Source of the DNA: Eledone cirrhosa
Lineage: Eukaryota
Length of the DNA: 64,000 bases
Direction of reading: 5' to 3'
Assembly (NCBI GenBank): GCA_964016885.1
Contig: OZ024743.1
Coordinates: 296,236,001 to 296,300,000, forward strand
How positions within the stretch are numbered: the stretch's first letter is position 1; each line of letters opens with the position of its first letter. Positions 1 to 11,273 of this stretch are shown piece by piece. The notes below the pieces were generated by a model. The model did not search any database. It had not been told where the DNA came from and was given only the letters and a program-made list of their open reading frames with translations. The translations under genes and the position numbers were made by a program.

Positions 1-282
1 TTCATAGTGTTTTCGTTCAGTAGTGGTAAGACAAAAATAAGCAGCTTCTATGGCGATGAAGATCTCTAGCTGGGGTTTTGCACATATGGTGGTAAGAAGT
101 AGTTAGCCGTTCTGCGAAACACCCGCGTGAAATTTCGTAGTTCGTGTCCTCTTCTTAACTTCAAAGTAGCCATATTAGGATGGCATTTATTGCTCTTGAA
201 TAGACAGACTCTAAAGAAAGTGCCCTAAAATTGTTTGCTCACTTAATCCTGTCATCTTACTACGTATTACTAGATATCCAAC

Positions 283-735
283 GATGCAGTCGGCAAAACG
301 AAAGAAACCGAAGAAAATAAAAGAAAAAGAAAAATTAAATAAATATTTTTTGTAGCCGCTTGGAATGAGCATACACTCTAAAATCATAAGAACCACCACG
401 AACAAACGATATCTCTTTTTGTTCGTGTTTTAAAATAAAAGCAAATTGATATTGCTGCTCTCCCAGAGACAAGATTTCCAGTATATGGATAGGTGAAGGA
501 ATTAGCTAGTGGATATACCTTTTTACTAGATTTTTAAATTTGAGACAGAGAAAAGGAAATCAGGTGTAAGCGTTGCAATCAAAAGTGAAATAGTAAGCAA
601 ATTCTCTTCTGACTGGAGTAAATGAATGTCTTATGTCACTTCGAATAGATACGCAACACTTATGAATGCATATGCTCCAACTTTGAGTTCTGTAGACACC
701 CCCAAGGATAAGTCCTATTCTACTCTTATATAAAA
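283..735 (+). pseudogene. Degraded RTE-clade LINE, 5' part (APE endonuclease)
   Basis: Interrupted frames give AAWNEHTL (~WNVRTL), IDIAALPETRF, GYTF, SGVSVAIKSE and NAYAPT, the APE motifs in the expected order; many stops and frameshifts. Confidence 0.75.
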
Positions 736-769
736 TGATGAAAACTTTTTTCTAAAGTGTAGTTGGAGT

Positions 770-1206
770 AACGATACTCAATAAAGTGCGTATCTCGGCG
801 ACAGAGAGTCGCTCTAAATAGAGTTGCTACTTCTTCGATTTGTGAGATCGCAGCTCCGATATTACGGGCATGTAGTTAGAATGTTTCAGGAAATAATATC
901 TGGACAGATTTTACAGGAAAACTCAACCGACAGAAGACCCGGGAATATACCCTGAACAAGAGCGCTAGAAAACATCCATGAGCTCGGCTGATCCCGCTTG
1001 CGGATCTCGCCGGATCAATCGGTGACTGTTGCTTCTGACAGGACACGCATGCTGTAAGGCATGCTTCAGAGCTCTTCCCCTACAACCCTCCAAAGAAGAA
1101 GAAGAAGAAGAAGAAGAAGAAGAAGAAGAAGAAGAAGAAGAAGAAGAAGAAGAAGAAGAAGAAGAAGAAGAAGAAGAAGAAGAAGAAGAAGAAGAAGAAG
1201 AAGAAG
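770..1206 (+). mobile_element. Degraded RTE-clade LINE 3' end with (GAA)n tail
   Basis: SQLRYYGHVVRM...RRPG motif typical of the RTE C-terminus, followed directly by a pure (GAA)n tract at 1095-1206. Confidence 0.7.
1095..1206. repeat. (GAA)n microsatellite, ~37 units
   Basis: Directly visible. Confidence 0.98.
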
Positions 1207-1774
1207 GGGCAACTTAATGCCTGTGTATGCTATTAGTCTTGACAGACATGAAACTGGTGAAATAAATTCTTATGGGCTCTTGCTCCATTTCCTGTGTAGT
1301 TTGCTTAACGAACTCTCCCTTTCAACAATCAAATATAAACCACTTGGTGGCATTTTCGATTTTTTTTCTTTGTGCTCTTTGACTGTGCCTGGTCGGGTGA
1401 CTTTCATTTCCCTGTCTGTGTGTATTAATATATTTATATTTGTGTATATTTTTAAACCCTGGGGTTTTTCTTACCTTAATGGTAATTTAATCGTTCACAA
1501 AGCAACTATCATTGTAGAGATCACTTTGCTTTTTATCCCTATGTTCTGGATATCTATTTCTAAGTACTGACAGAAACAATATGTGCATATTTATAAAATT
1601 CACTACAATAACCACTATATCGTGTAACTCAACTGTGTTGCCCCAGAGGATAGCAAAGGAAATGTGCTTAACTAGCCATTTTAAGTAAACGGGATCGTTC
1701 ATGCAGATGGTCATCTCTACCGCAATCACAGTAAAGATGTTATTTGGAGACTAATATATAACTGGATAATGGAC

Positions 1775-1910
1775 GCTGTCAGTGCCGAACGATTAAGGCA
1801 ATCTCTTCGCAATTATGACTTCACAGATTGGGTCTCACAGTTGGGCGCTATGAACAAGTGCCTTTCCCAATAGGCTCGAGCTGACCCAAGCATAGTGAGT
1901 GAAAATGTGA
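1775..1910 (+). mobile_element. Old tRNA/CORE-type SINE fragment
   Basis: gaacaagtgcctttcccaataggctcgagctgacccaagcatagtgagtg resembles the minus-strand SINE at 42130-42285 (gggcaagtgttatt...gggtcgacccttggcttctgagtg). Confidence 0.45.
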
Positions 1911-2896
1911 AATATGTGTCGCAAATATGAAACATATTGAAAGCTCTACTGTAGGGTGTGGTTTGAAAGAGGCTTGGCTGTCAACTCTAACTATTTGAGT
2001 TTGTTTATATTAGTGGAGTATTATTCAACATTGTAAACCATACATTGCTGACAACAACATTATGCCTCTAGCTGAATGTATATTTTGAGAATATTCACAG
2101 ATGCATACCATTGTTGAAGGTATTAAAACTGCATTCATCGTCAGCTGTATGTTTTTGTTGTATTAAACACTTTTCCGACATATTATTTTTTCTACATTGT
2201 GTGGAAAAACCTTTGACATAAGCTGCTGTATACTTGTAAATCAAAGGTTTCTGTTTGACTCATGACATCCATAGTTAGTGGTTGTCTTCTTCAATATGTA
2301 TATATCTATGTTCTTCAATAAGTATATATGTATGTATTTAGAGAAGTCTCCATATAATGGATAAATATATGCTTTGCTTGAATGTATTTTGCATGTATAT
2401 ATACATTTATAAGTGAGAATGCGTTTGCGTGTGTGTGTATGCGTGTGTATATATATATATGTATGTGTAACTGTGTGCCAATTTTTGTGTATGTGTGTGA
2501 GAAAATGTGTAAGTATTGATATTGATATTTGTTATATTTGTTCAATTCTTTTAAAAGTCTTTTTATTAATATTTAAATCATGGTTACCATGCACTTTATA
2601 TATATGTATGTGTGTGTGTCTAAATTGAATGGTATCTCTATGGTTGTATGCATTGATATGTGTTTCTATATGTATATATATATATGTATTTTTATATTCA
2701 ACTGTATTTATGTTTCTATATGCCTACCTATAGAGTTACATAGACAACAACTCAACATGTTAACCTTTTAAATCATTTATATACTATATATATTTTGTAT
2801 ATTTGTTCACCTATACCAATATATACTTCGTTTCACGTAATATATACTTGTACACACATGTATATGTATTTAAATGTGCGTCTTGTTTGCGCGCGC

Positions 2897-3117
2897 ATGT
2901 GTGTGTCTGTGTGTCTGTGTGTCTGTGTGCCTGTGTGTCTGTATGTATGTGTGTATATGTCTGTGTGTCTGTGTGTCTGTGTCTGTCTGTGGCTGTCTGT
3001 GTATGTGTGCATGTGTGTGTGTCTGTGCATCTGTGTGTCTGTGTGTGTCTGTGTGTGTGTGTATGTATCTCTGTGTGTGTCTCTGTGTGTAAGTGTGTAT
3101 GTGTGTCTGTGCGTGTG
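2897..3117. repeat. Imperfect (GT/GTCT)n microsatellite
   Basis: Directly visible. Confidence 0.9.
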
Positions 3118-3539
3118 AAGTGAAATAACAGTTTCGTAGATCAAATAGCAAATAGTTAAATTTCAAACATTCCAAGGAAAATCCATCTCTGTTCAGGGAA
3201 GTTTTAGCTGTCGATATCCATCTAACTTAACGTTGTTTTTAACCCAATTCCACACTTTAATGGATTACATAATTGCAGACTTTGTATAACTGAAATCTTG
3301 CCGATCTTGAAACTACATGCAGTATTGCTCAAACGGAGATCAGAAATATCGTTCTATTGTCCCTACCGGAGCCCCATTCACTTAGAAAATTCCCAACCGT
3401 ATGAAGATCACAATTCATTAAAATCGGCTTTAGTCAGTTGCAGCCAGAGAGCATCGCAAAGTAATTTCTCTTGCGTATAAAGACTTAGTTAAATTTAGAC
3501 TTAGAAGCTCTGGTGTCTTGAGATGTATGTGTCAGCCAA

Positions 3540-3790
3540 AATGCTCCAATAACGACAGTCAGTTGCATCTATCAATACATCATTCAAACTTTTGTTGATG
3601 GTTTCAGGTCTATGTCAATTGTCTGTCACCAGTTCATCTTGAGATATCCTTTTCACCTCTTTCCATTGGGGTACCAATACAGGACCTGATTAACATATCT
3701 CTCTCTTGGGAGTCGTGTGACTTACCCCAACCAGCAAAGTGGACGCTTGCACATAATGTTAGACACATGTTGTTGGTGGGTTCATTGATG
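3540..3790 (-). pseudogene. Degraded RTE-like LINE C-terminal fragment
   Basis: Reverse complement gives traces of W.G...R...W.P..KR..G...W (tgctggttggggtaagtcacacga...tattggtaccccaatggaaagagg). Confidence 0.45.
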
Positions 3791-4164
3791 TAATATATTT
3801 AGTGTCAAAAGCATCTAACTGGTTCTCTCTGCTGGTCTTCATACGACCAGGTAACTAATCCTAATGAATGAGGACTGAATGTAAATCTGGCCAAAGGACA
3901 CAATAGCTTTAACCATCTGGTTCAAAATATCGTCCGAATAATTGTACATATGTATATTGTATGTGTGTACGAAACAGCGTTGGAAAGAATGAGAGTTTTC
4001 AAATAAATTGAAATTATATTTCATGTGTCAGAGACTCATTTCTTTCATTAGTAGATATTGACATTTAAGTAAATGTGTATGTGAGTGTGTGCGTGCGTGG
4101 ATAGTTATTAGATTAACATAAAATCATCATATACACTATAAATGTTTAATTATTGAACCCTTGC

Positions 4165-4286
4165 CATTCTGAGTTCAAATCCCGCCAAGGCTAACATTGC
4201 CTTTCATCCTTACGAGGTCGATAAAATAAAGTACCAGTAATGCACTGGGTAATTGCTGGCCTTGTGCCAATAGTAGTAACAATTAT
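4165..4286 (+). mobile_element. tRNA-derived SINE, 5'-truncated (family S1)
   Basis: B-box gagttcaaatccc plus conserved core gcctttcatccttacgaggtcgataaaataaagtaccag; near-identical to 51578-51700 and to the reverse complement of 40068-40190. Confidence 0.85.
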
Positions 4287-4348
4287 ATACAATTAGATTT
4301 TCTGTTTTAGATTAGAAAAAAATCCAACAGAGCGTAGCATCTTAGGTG

Positions 4349-4504
4349 AGACGCCATATTTGAAAATCAATCTTCACGTAAAAGTGCAAGCAAAATGAAA
4401 AGTGAAACGTGAAAGCGGAGAGAATGAGAGGTAATTAGGTATGCTTCTAGATAACTTTGATATTTCGCTGTACAGGGCTGTTCTAAAAAAAAACACGAAC
4501 ACAA

Positions 4505-4593
<89 letters not shown>

Positions 4594-4730
4594 TAAAATA
4601 GCTTTCTACAGTGAAATATCAAAGTTATCTAGAAGCATACCTAATTACCCCTCATTCTCTCCGCTTTCACGTTTGACTTTTCATTTTGCTTGCACTTTTA
4701 CGTGAAGATTGATTTTCAAATATGGCGTCT
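4349..4730. repeat. ~125-bp inverted repeat with (TA)n spacer (PLE-tail-like)
   Basis: 4349-4473 is the reverse complement of ~4606-4730. Confidence 0.9.
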
Positions 4731-5052
4731 CGCCTGAAATATATGTATGTGCGTGGGCATGTGTACGCGTGTGTGTGTGTATGTGTGTGTCAAATAACAC
4801 GGATACTGACTTCACAGGGGAAAGTGGACCATGAAAATATTGAATATATGAAAAAGACAAATGAAGATATATAGAGAGAAGCAATAGAGTTAAATTTGTG
4901 TTGGTCTGTAAACCGATATATGAAGAGGCTGTGTTATTAAAGGTCTCCATTTGACGGAGAAGTGACGTCAGATTAATATACCACGGATTCCACATGGAAT
5001 ATGAATGCTTAGTGGAATATATATATATATATATAAATTCCACTAAGCATTC

Positions 5053-5085
<33 letters not shown>

Positions 5086-5352
5086 TGTATGTGTATGTGT
5101 GTGTGTGTGTGTGTGTGTGTTTAATTAGAATGTGAACAACACAAAATATAACTACTCCATTACCAAAAGTTTCTGGATCCCAGGCAATAATAATATACGT
5201 CTTCATCGGTAGCTCTGTTCTATACATAGAGCACTCTTTTTTCCTTTGCTTTTCCTTCGGATTTACCTAACAGTGCTCTCCCTAATATTACATCAAGATT
5301 GACTATACGGAATGACCAGTTCTATCCAGTGGTGAACCAACAAACCTAAGTG

Positions 5353-5423
<71 letters not shown>

Positions 5424-5445
5424 TCATAGGGATATATGTATATGC

Positions 5446-5487
<42 letters not shown>

Positions 5488-5569
5488 GACCTCACTCGAT
5501 CTGTGCTAGCTGGCAGATGGCAATATATTTTGCCGTTCCTGGGACTTTAGCCCTAGGAAAGGAAAATGC

Positions 5570-5648
5570 TTCTCTGATGAACTTTGCTTTTCCATTAGAA
5601 ATCCAATGGATTTCTAATGTTTTGCAAAGGGAAACCGATCGGTTAGGG
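5570..5648 (+). ncRNA. Type I hammerhead ribozyme motif with extended stem II
   Basis: ttct CTGATGA a ctttgc...(cattagaaatcc aat ggatttctaatg)...gcaaag g GAAA ccgatcgg TT aggg; stem III is the palindrome accgatcggt; lies in an island between (TA)n tracts. Confidence 0.75.
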
Positions 5649-5728
5649 CGACTAAGAATAGGTAAATATTTAAATTATATTTTTTAATTTATTTTAAAAT
5701 ATTGGTTAAATTTTGCTTGTTCTGCTTA

Positions 5729-5804
<76 letters not shown>

Positions 5805-6134
5805 CTCCCTTCTCTTGTTCCTACGATCAAATCTCCTTCTTTTTCTCTCTTTCCTCATGATTTGCTATCTCGATCTCTCACTTCCACTATCTGCAATAAT
5901 GAGGTATTCATATATTATTATTATTTACATTTTTAACAGTTATATAAGTTTATGTATTATATATTATTAGTTATTTATATATCTTTATACACATTGCCAT
6001 ACGCACCCTCTGTATTATATGTAATTTTTCATGTTTCAACTTAAGGTATATAAATATCGAGTTTTGTCATAACTAATCACTGCCATGACTAAAGTATAAC
6101 CATCAACATAGTGAAGGTATGTCAGGCATCAACT

Positions 6135-6200
6135 TATTTTATCTGATGAGGACGTACTGTTGAAATAGCTCAGTACCTCTGAAATATGTATAATAAAATA
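6135..6200 (+). ncRNA. Type I hammerhead ribozyme motif
   Basis: tattttat CTGATGA g..gtactg/cagtac..t GAAA tatg TA ta ataaaata; homologous motif on the minus strand at 21424-21489. Confidence 0.7.
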
Positions 6201-6257
6201 TATTTGATCACATGAATGTCTATATTTATTAATATTTTGAAGTAATATATATATATA

Positions 6258-6352
<95 letters not shown>

Positions 6353-6365
6353 CCGTTTAACCATG

Positions 6366-6416
6366 ACCAGTACGAGCTGAGGATCCGCTAATATGAAACA
6401 ATTGTTCTCGGTATGG
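6366..6416 (+). ncRNA. Minimal hammerhead ribozyme motif (weak stem II)
   Basis: acca.ta.cgag CTGAGGA ... GAAAC aatt GTT ctcg.ta.tggt. Confidence 0.55.
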
Positions 6417-6438
6417 TGAACTAACTGTTGTGTTACCA

Positions 6439-6477
<39 letters not shown>

Positions 6478-6837
6478 ATACTTGGGGAGGGTCATATTTG
6501 TGTAATATTGACAGAATTAATAACAGAACACACTTACTGTTTGGTTGGTTTTCGCTTCTCGCTGTCTTTTATATCTGCGATCTAACTTACTCGGTCCTCA
6601 ATGTTGCCATTGACTGACCGACGGTCAAAAATAATACAGATACAATATAGACACAAACACATATATATAGTTTACATAATTTACATAAACCTTTCGTTGC
6701 ACATCTGCAACATCGTCAGTGGTGTTATATTTTTTCCTCCTGTTGTGTTGTATGTCTACGCCATTTTTTTATTCAGTCTGTCTATATATTTATTTATTTA
6801 TTTGCTTGTTTGTTTATTTTATTTTGTCTTCTTTGCG

Positions 6838-9800
6838 AAATCTCATCACAGCAAACGAGAGAGATAACTTCATAAGCGTCATCCGACGTGAAACGAAATA
6901 CGCTCGAAACGAATGCAATAGGCATTTCAAGAAGAAATTAGAATGGATGAATACGAAAAAACTACAAGAAAGGAAAATCGAATATTCTCAAAAATACCCA
7001 GATAACATCGACAATATCCGTATGACTGATGTAAAACTACCGGAAGAATTTACCAATGACCACACAGTAAATATCTATGGGAACACTTTAATCAGTGAAC
7101 AAGAACAACAAATCCTACGGTTACCACCAAAATTTGCCATCTACAAAAAGATTAACCCTATGGAATGCAAAACGGAGCTGGAAAAGTGTTTCACAAAAAT
7201 ACGTTGGAATGCAAAGGTAAACAACAACAACAATAATAACGGTAGTAGTAATATAAACAATAACTCTGGGTATAGAAATAACAGCCATAACCATAACAAT
7301 GTCAGGAAAGTGAGAAATAGTGATAATGGTAATAATACTAGCGATAGACAGAACAACAACAACCACAATAATAATAATAATAGAAACGTTAACCACAGAC
7401 ACAGCAACAGCGACCACAGTAGTAATAACGGTAACAATACGAACAACAACAACAATAACCACAGTGGTAATAATGGAAATAGTACATGTAGCAACATCAA
7501 CAAAAACAAGAAACATAATAATAGTAACAACCACAATGGTAGAAATAACAGTAACAACAACAACAATAACAGTGAAGTAAACAACAATACATCCAGCAAT
7601 CATAACAATAATAATAATGCTAATGATAGAAACAACAACAACCACCCCGATAACAACAATAGCAACACACACAACTATGACGATAGATATAATGACAACC
7701 CCTTAGAGAAACTATTTTTCAACCCAGCTGACAAAACATATAAGATGGGTAATATCTATCCTACGAGGTTACCCTTTAATAAAAGAGTTTGCATACCACA
7801 GCAAATAAATGACGAGACAGAGGCACAGTTCACCATAGCTAGAAATAAGATTAGACAAGTAGTAGACAGGTATACTAAGAGACAGAGCAGACCAGAGGCC
7901 CAACAACTTGGGGGGAAACCTGTAGAAGGCTTGGTTAGCCTCAAGCAGCGCACAAGGGATGGTGAGGTAGTGTGTCTACCCACAGATAAGTCTGGTAGGA
8001 TGTCAATAGATAGCATGCCGAACTACATCGAGGCTATGCAACCCCACATCACCAACACGAGCGAAATTGCACAACAAACACACGATGGGAGAGAAAAAAT
8101 CCTCAACGCTCACATGATGATGTGGACTGACATCCTAAAGCCAAGCAGACGCACTGCCAACAACTTCCAGGCGTCTAACAATGGCATACCACCCTTGTAT
8201 GGGCTCCGCAAAGACCACAAGACAGTCGACGACCCGACAACAGGACCACCAACAAGACCCGTATGCGGAGCTAATATAGCTAGCAACTACAGGATCTCCT
8301 ACTTCCTCTCAATGGTTATACGCCCCATAATCAAGATGTCCCCAGATGTATGTGAAAGTACAGAGGACCTCCTCAGCAGAATCAGTGAGTGCAACAAAAA
8401 CAGAAGCCTATCCAACTGCATAATAGGCAGCATGGATGTGGTGTCACTGTACCCATCCATTAACATTGATTTTGCTGTGAAAAGATGTGTGGAGATGATC
8501 ATTGAGAGTGAGGTGGAGTTCTGCGACGTCGACACAGACGAACTGGGCCTCCTACTTAGACTTACCTACGACACTGACTACCTAGACAGCCATGACCTTA
8601 GATGTTTCTGCCCTAGTAGACCTATAAGAGGTAGACCCCCACCATAACCTCAATGGCAAAAAAGACTCCCATGGGAAGGTGGATTGGGTGGACCAAAGCT
8701 ATACGGACCCCCCAAAACAATGATCAGGTAAGAAAAATGGTCGCACATGCAATAGGGGCTAGTATCAAAACTACCCTAAAGGGCCACATATTTAAGTTCA
8801 ATGAGAAAATCTACACCCAAAATGAGGGAGCAGCCATCGGCGTCAGCATAGCTGGTGATGTTGCCAACCTTTTCATGGTATGGTGGGAAAGGAGACTTAA
8901 AGATCTCCTTAATGAAAGCTCCATAGACCTCATCATGTACTCTCGTTATGTAGACGATATCAATATAGTTATAAGAACACCCCCACTAGAGAGCACTAAC
9001 AAGTTTGATTTAGAACGTAGCACGATGGAAAGCATCCAGCAGATAGCTAATTCCATACACCAGAGTATAACTGTAACTATCGACTTCCCTTCCAAACACC
9101 CTAACAATAGACTACCTGTATTAGACACAGAACTCTGGATTAACACTATAGATGAGAGAGCCCAAATCCTCCACTCACACTATGCTAAACCCATGGCCCC
9201 CAAATACCTGATACTCAAAAACTCAGCAATGTCCAGTAGTGCTAAGTTTAATATTCTGATCGCAGATTTGGTACAAGTGATGAAGAATGTGTCCAGCATG
9301 TGCGACCCAACAGAAATGGAAAGACACATCCAACACTTCATCAACCACATGCAGTTCTCTGGCTACAACCAAAGAGACAGAGTCAGAGTATACGAAGGAG
9401 CCATGGAAAAGTATAAGACCCTCATAGAACTGGACATGAAAGGAATTTGCCCATTATGCAGGAGCAAATCATGGAATAGCTTAGATAGGGCTAGACATAA
9501 GATAGGGAAGGCCACATCATGGTACGACAACCAGAGATATCAGAGTGTCATGTTTGTGGACGCCACCCCTGGAGGGAAATTAGCTAACCAGTGTAGAAAG
9601 GCCCTGAGAAAGACCCACTTAAAAATAAAGGTGGTAGAAAAGCCAGGAACCACCATAAAATCCCTGATCAGCAAAATCTACCCTTTTAAGAAAACCCACT
9701 GTACCAAGAGGAAATGTATCATATGTAAGGTGAACCCCCGGATAAACTGTAAAACTAGAAACGTAGTCTATAGCATAACTGTAAAACTAGAAACGTAGTC

Positions 9801-10134
9801 TATAGCATAAGATGTACAGAGGGTACTTGCAGAAACATGACAACAACATACATAGGTGAGACAGCTCGTAGCATAGGTGAAAGGATAGACCAACGCTGGG
9901 GGAACTAAAAGGACGAAAAAACGGGTCAGTACTATACGAACATGCTAGACAACAACATGACGGTAACATAGACAACATAGAAATTAGAATAATATCTAAA
10001 CATAGGAATGACCCAGCAGATAGGCAAATCAGAGAGGCCAGTGAAATAGAAATTAGAAGACCAAAGCTAAACAGAAAGAATGAGTGGAACAACAACAACA
10101 CCCAAACAAATAACACTGACCTAAGAGAAGTATA
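6838..10134 (+). pseudogene. PLE-A RT + GIY-YIG polyprotein, frameshifted
   Basis: DKSGR, PPLYGLRKDHK, PTRPVCGA, GSMDVVSLYPSI, GAAIG..AGDVANLFM, YSRYVDD, LPVLD; linker CTKRKCIIC..C; VVYSIRC...C...YIGETARS...HARQQH...LNRKNEW. Breaks at ~8640 (-1, C run), ~9746-9810 (32-bp tandem duplication) and near the G/A runs at ~9897-9921. Confidence 0.92.
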
Positions 10135-10410
10135 AATAAGTAAATAAAATAAAATAAAATAAGATAAATAAATACATACACAAGCACAATAACAACAAGC
10201 ACATAAACACACACTAGTCACCCAGCAGACACAACACTATACACACTAGTCACTCAGCACACATAACACTATACACACACGAAAACGCATGCGCAAAGAA
10301 GACAAAATAAAATAAACAAAGAAGCAAATAAATAAATAAATATATAGACAGACTGAATAAAAAAAATGGCGTAGACATACAACACAACAGGAGGAAAAAA
10401 AAATATAGCA

Positions 10411-10470
10411 CCACTGACGATGTTGCAGATGTGCAACGAAAGATTTATGTAAATTATGTAAACTATATAT
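10411..10470 (+). ncRNA. Hammerhead-like core in PLE-A pLTR (inverted copy at ~6668-6722)
   Basis: CTGACGA t gttgca gatg tgcaac GAAA; same core at 62817-62844 and with a covarying stem II (gtcaca/tgtgac) at 35345-35373; stems I and III not clearly resolved. Confidence 0.55.
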
Positions 10471-10778
10471 ATGTTTGTGTCTATATTGTATCAGTATTAT
10501 TTTTGACCGTCGGTCAGTCAATGGCAACATTGAGGACCGAGTAAGTTAGATCGCAGATATAAAAGACAGCGAGAAGCGAAAACCAACCAAACAGTGAGTG
10601 TGTTCTGTTATTAATTCTGGCAATATTACACAAATATGACCCTCCCAAGTATAACAATATTTGTTTCGACACACGATTTCATATAAAAAAACCTCGCTAA
10701 ACTAATATATATATATATATATATAAACGGAAAAAATAAAACGAAATTTCATTTCCCACTCCTAGTACGGCTGTTATT

Positions 10779-10842
<64 letters not shown>

Positions 10843-10846
<4 letters not shown>

Positions 10847-11259
10847 GATAAATCTACCAAGAGTTTACGGTAGTGTCCAATCCGTATGAAGAACTCAATG
10901 TAATCCGGATATCATGGAAAGAAGAGATGCAATGAAAAATCACTTTCGGTGAAAGATAAACGGAATACAGAGTCAAGATAAAATATTAAAAAAATAATGA
11001 ATAAAACAATGAAACAGTTCCTTATATTAAACAAAAAAAGTTCATTATTTCTGAAGACGGCATATATATGTGTTTGGTATGTATATTTAATTTTGATAGT
11101 TTGTATAATTTTGTATAATTTTGTACATAGATCTGTTGAATATGCATGCCAATTCTAACACATATATATCCTAGAAACGATCGTTAAATAATGAACTTTT
11201 TTTGTTTAATATAAGGAACTGTTTCATTGTTTTATTCATTATTTTTTTAATATTTTATA
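10843..11259 (+). mobile_element. Non-coding PLE-tail fold-back element with hammerhead
   Basis: 10978-11050 is the reverse complement of 11186-11259 and encloses CTGAAGA (11051)...GAAA c gatc g TT (11174-11185); 10843-10980 matches the reverse complement of 61686-61822. Confidence 0.8.
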
Positions 11260-11273
11260 TATATATATATATA

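Larger units (their letters stand above)
6470..10706 (+). mobile_element. Penelope-like retroelement PLE-A (C-terminal GIY-YIG with CCHH; Neptune/Nematis-like), 5'-truncated with inverted pLTR, in (TA)n
   Basis: RT and GIY-YIG frames; 6470-6837 is the reverse complement of 10292-10660; (TA)n on both flanks. Confidence 0.92.

Noticed and set aside
1029-1570. Poly-Glu and poly-Arg ORFs
   Set aside because: Frames through the (GAA)n LINE tail
6719-6837. Hydrophobic N-terminus of the 642-aa ORF as a signal or TM segment
   Set aside because: It is the antisense pLTR fused at the truncation junction
6838-10134. Naiad/Chlamys assignment or selenoprotein recoding for PLE-A
   Set aside because: The endonuclease is C-terminal and the breaks are frameshifts, not in-frame UGA at Cys positions
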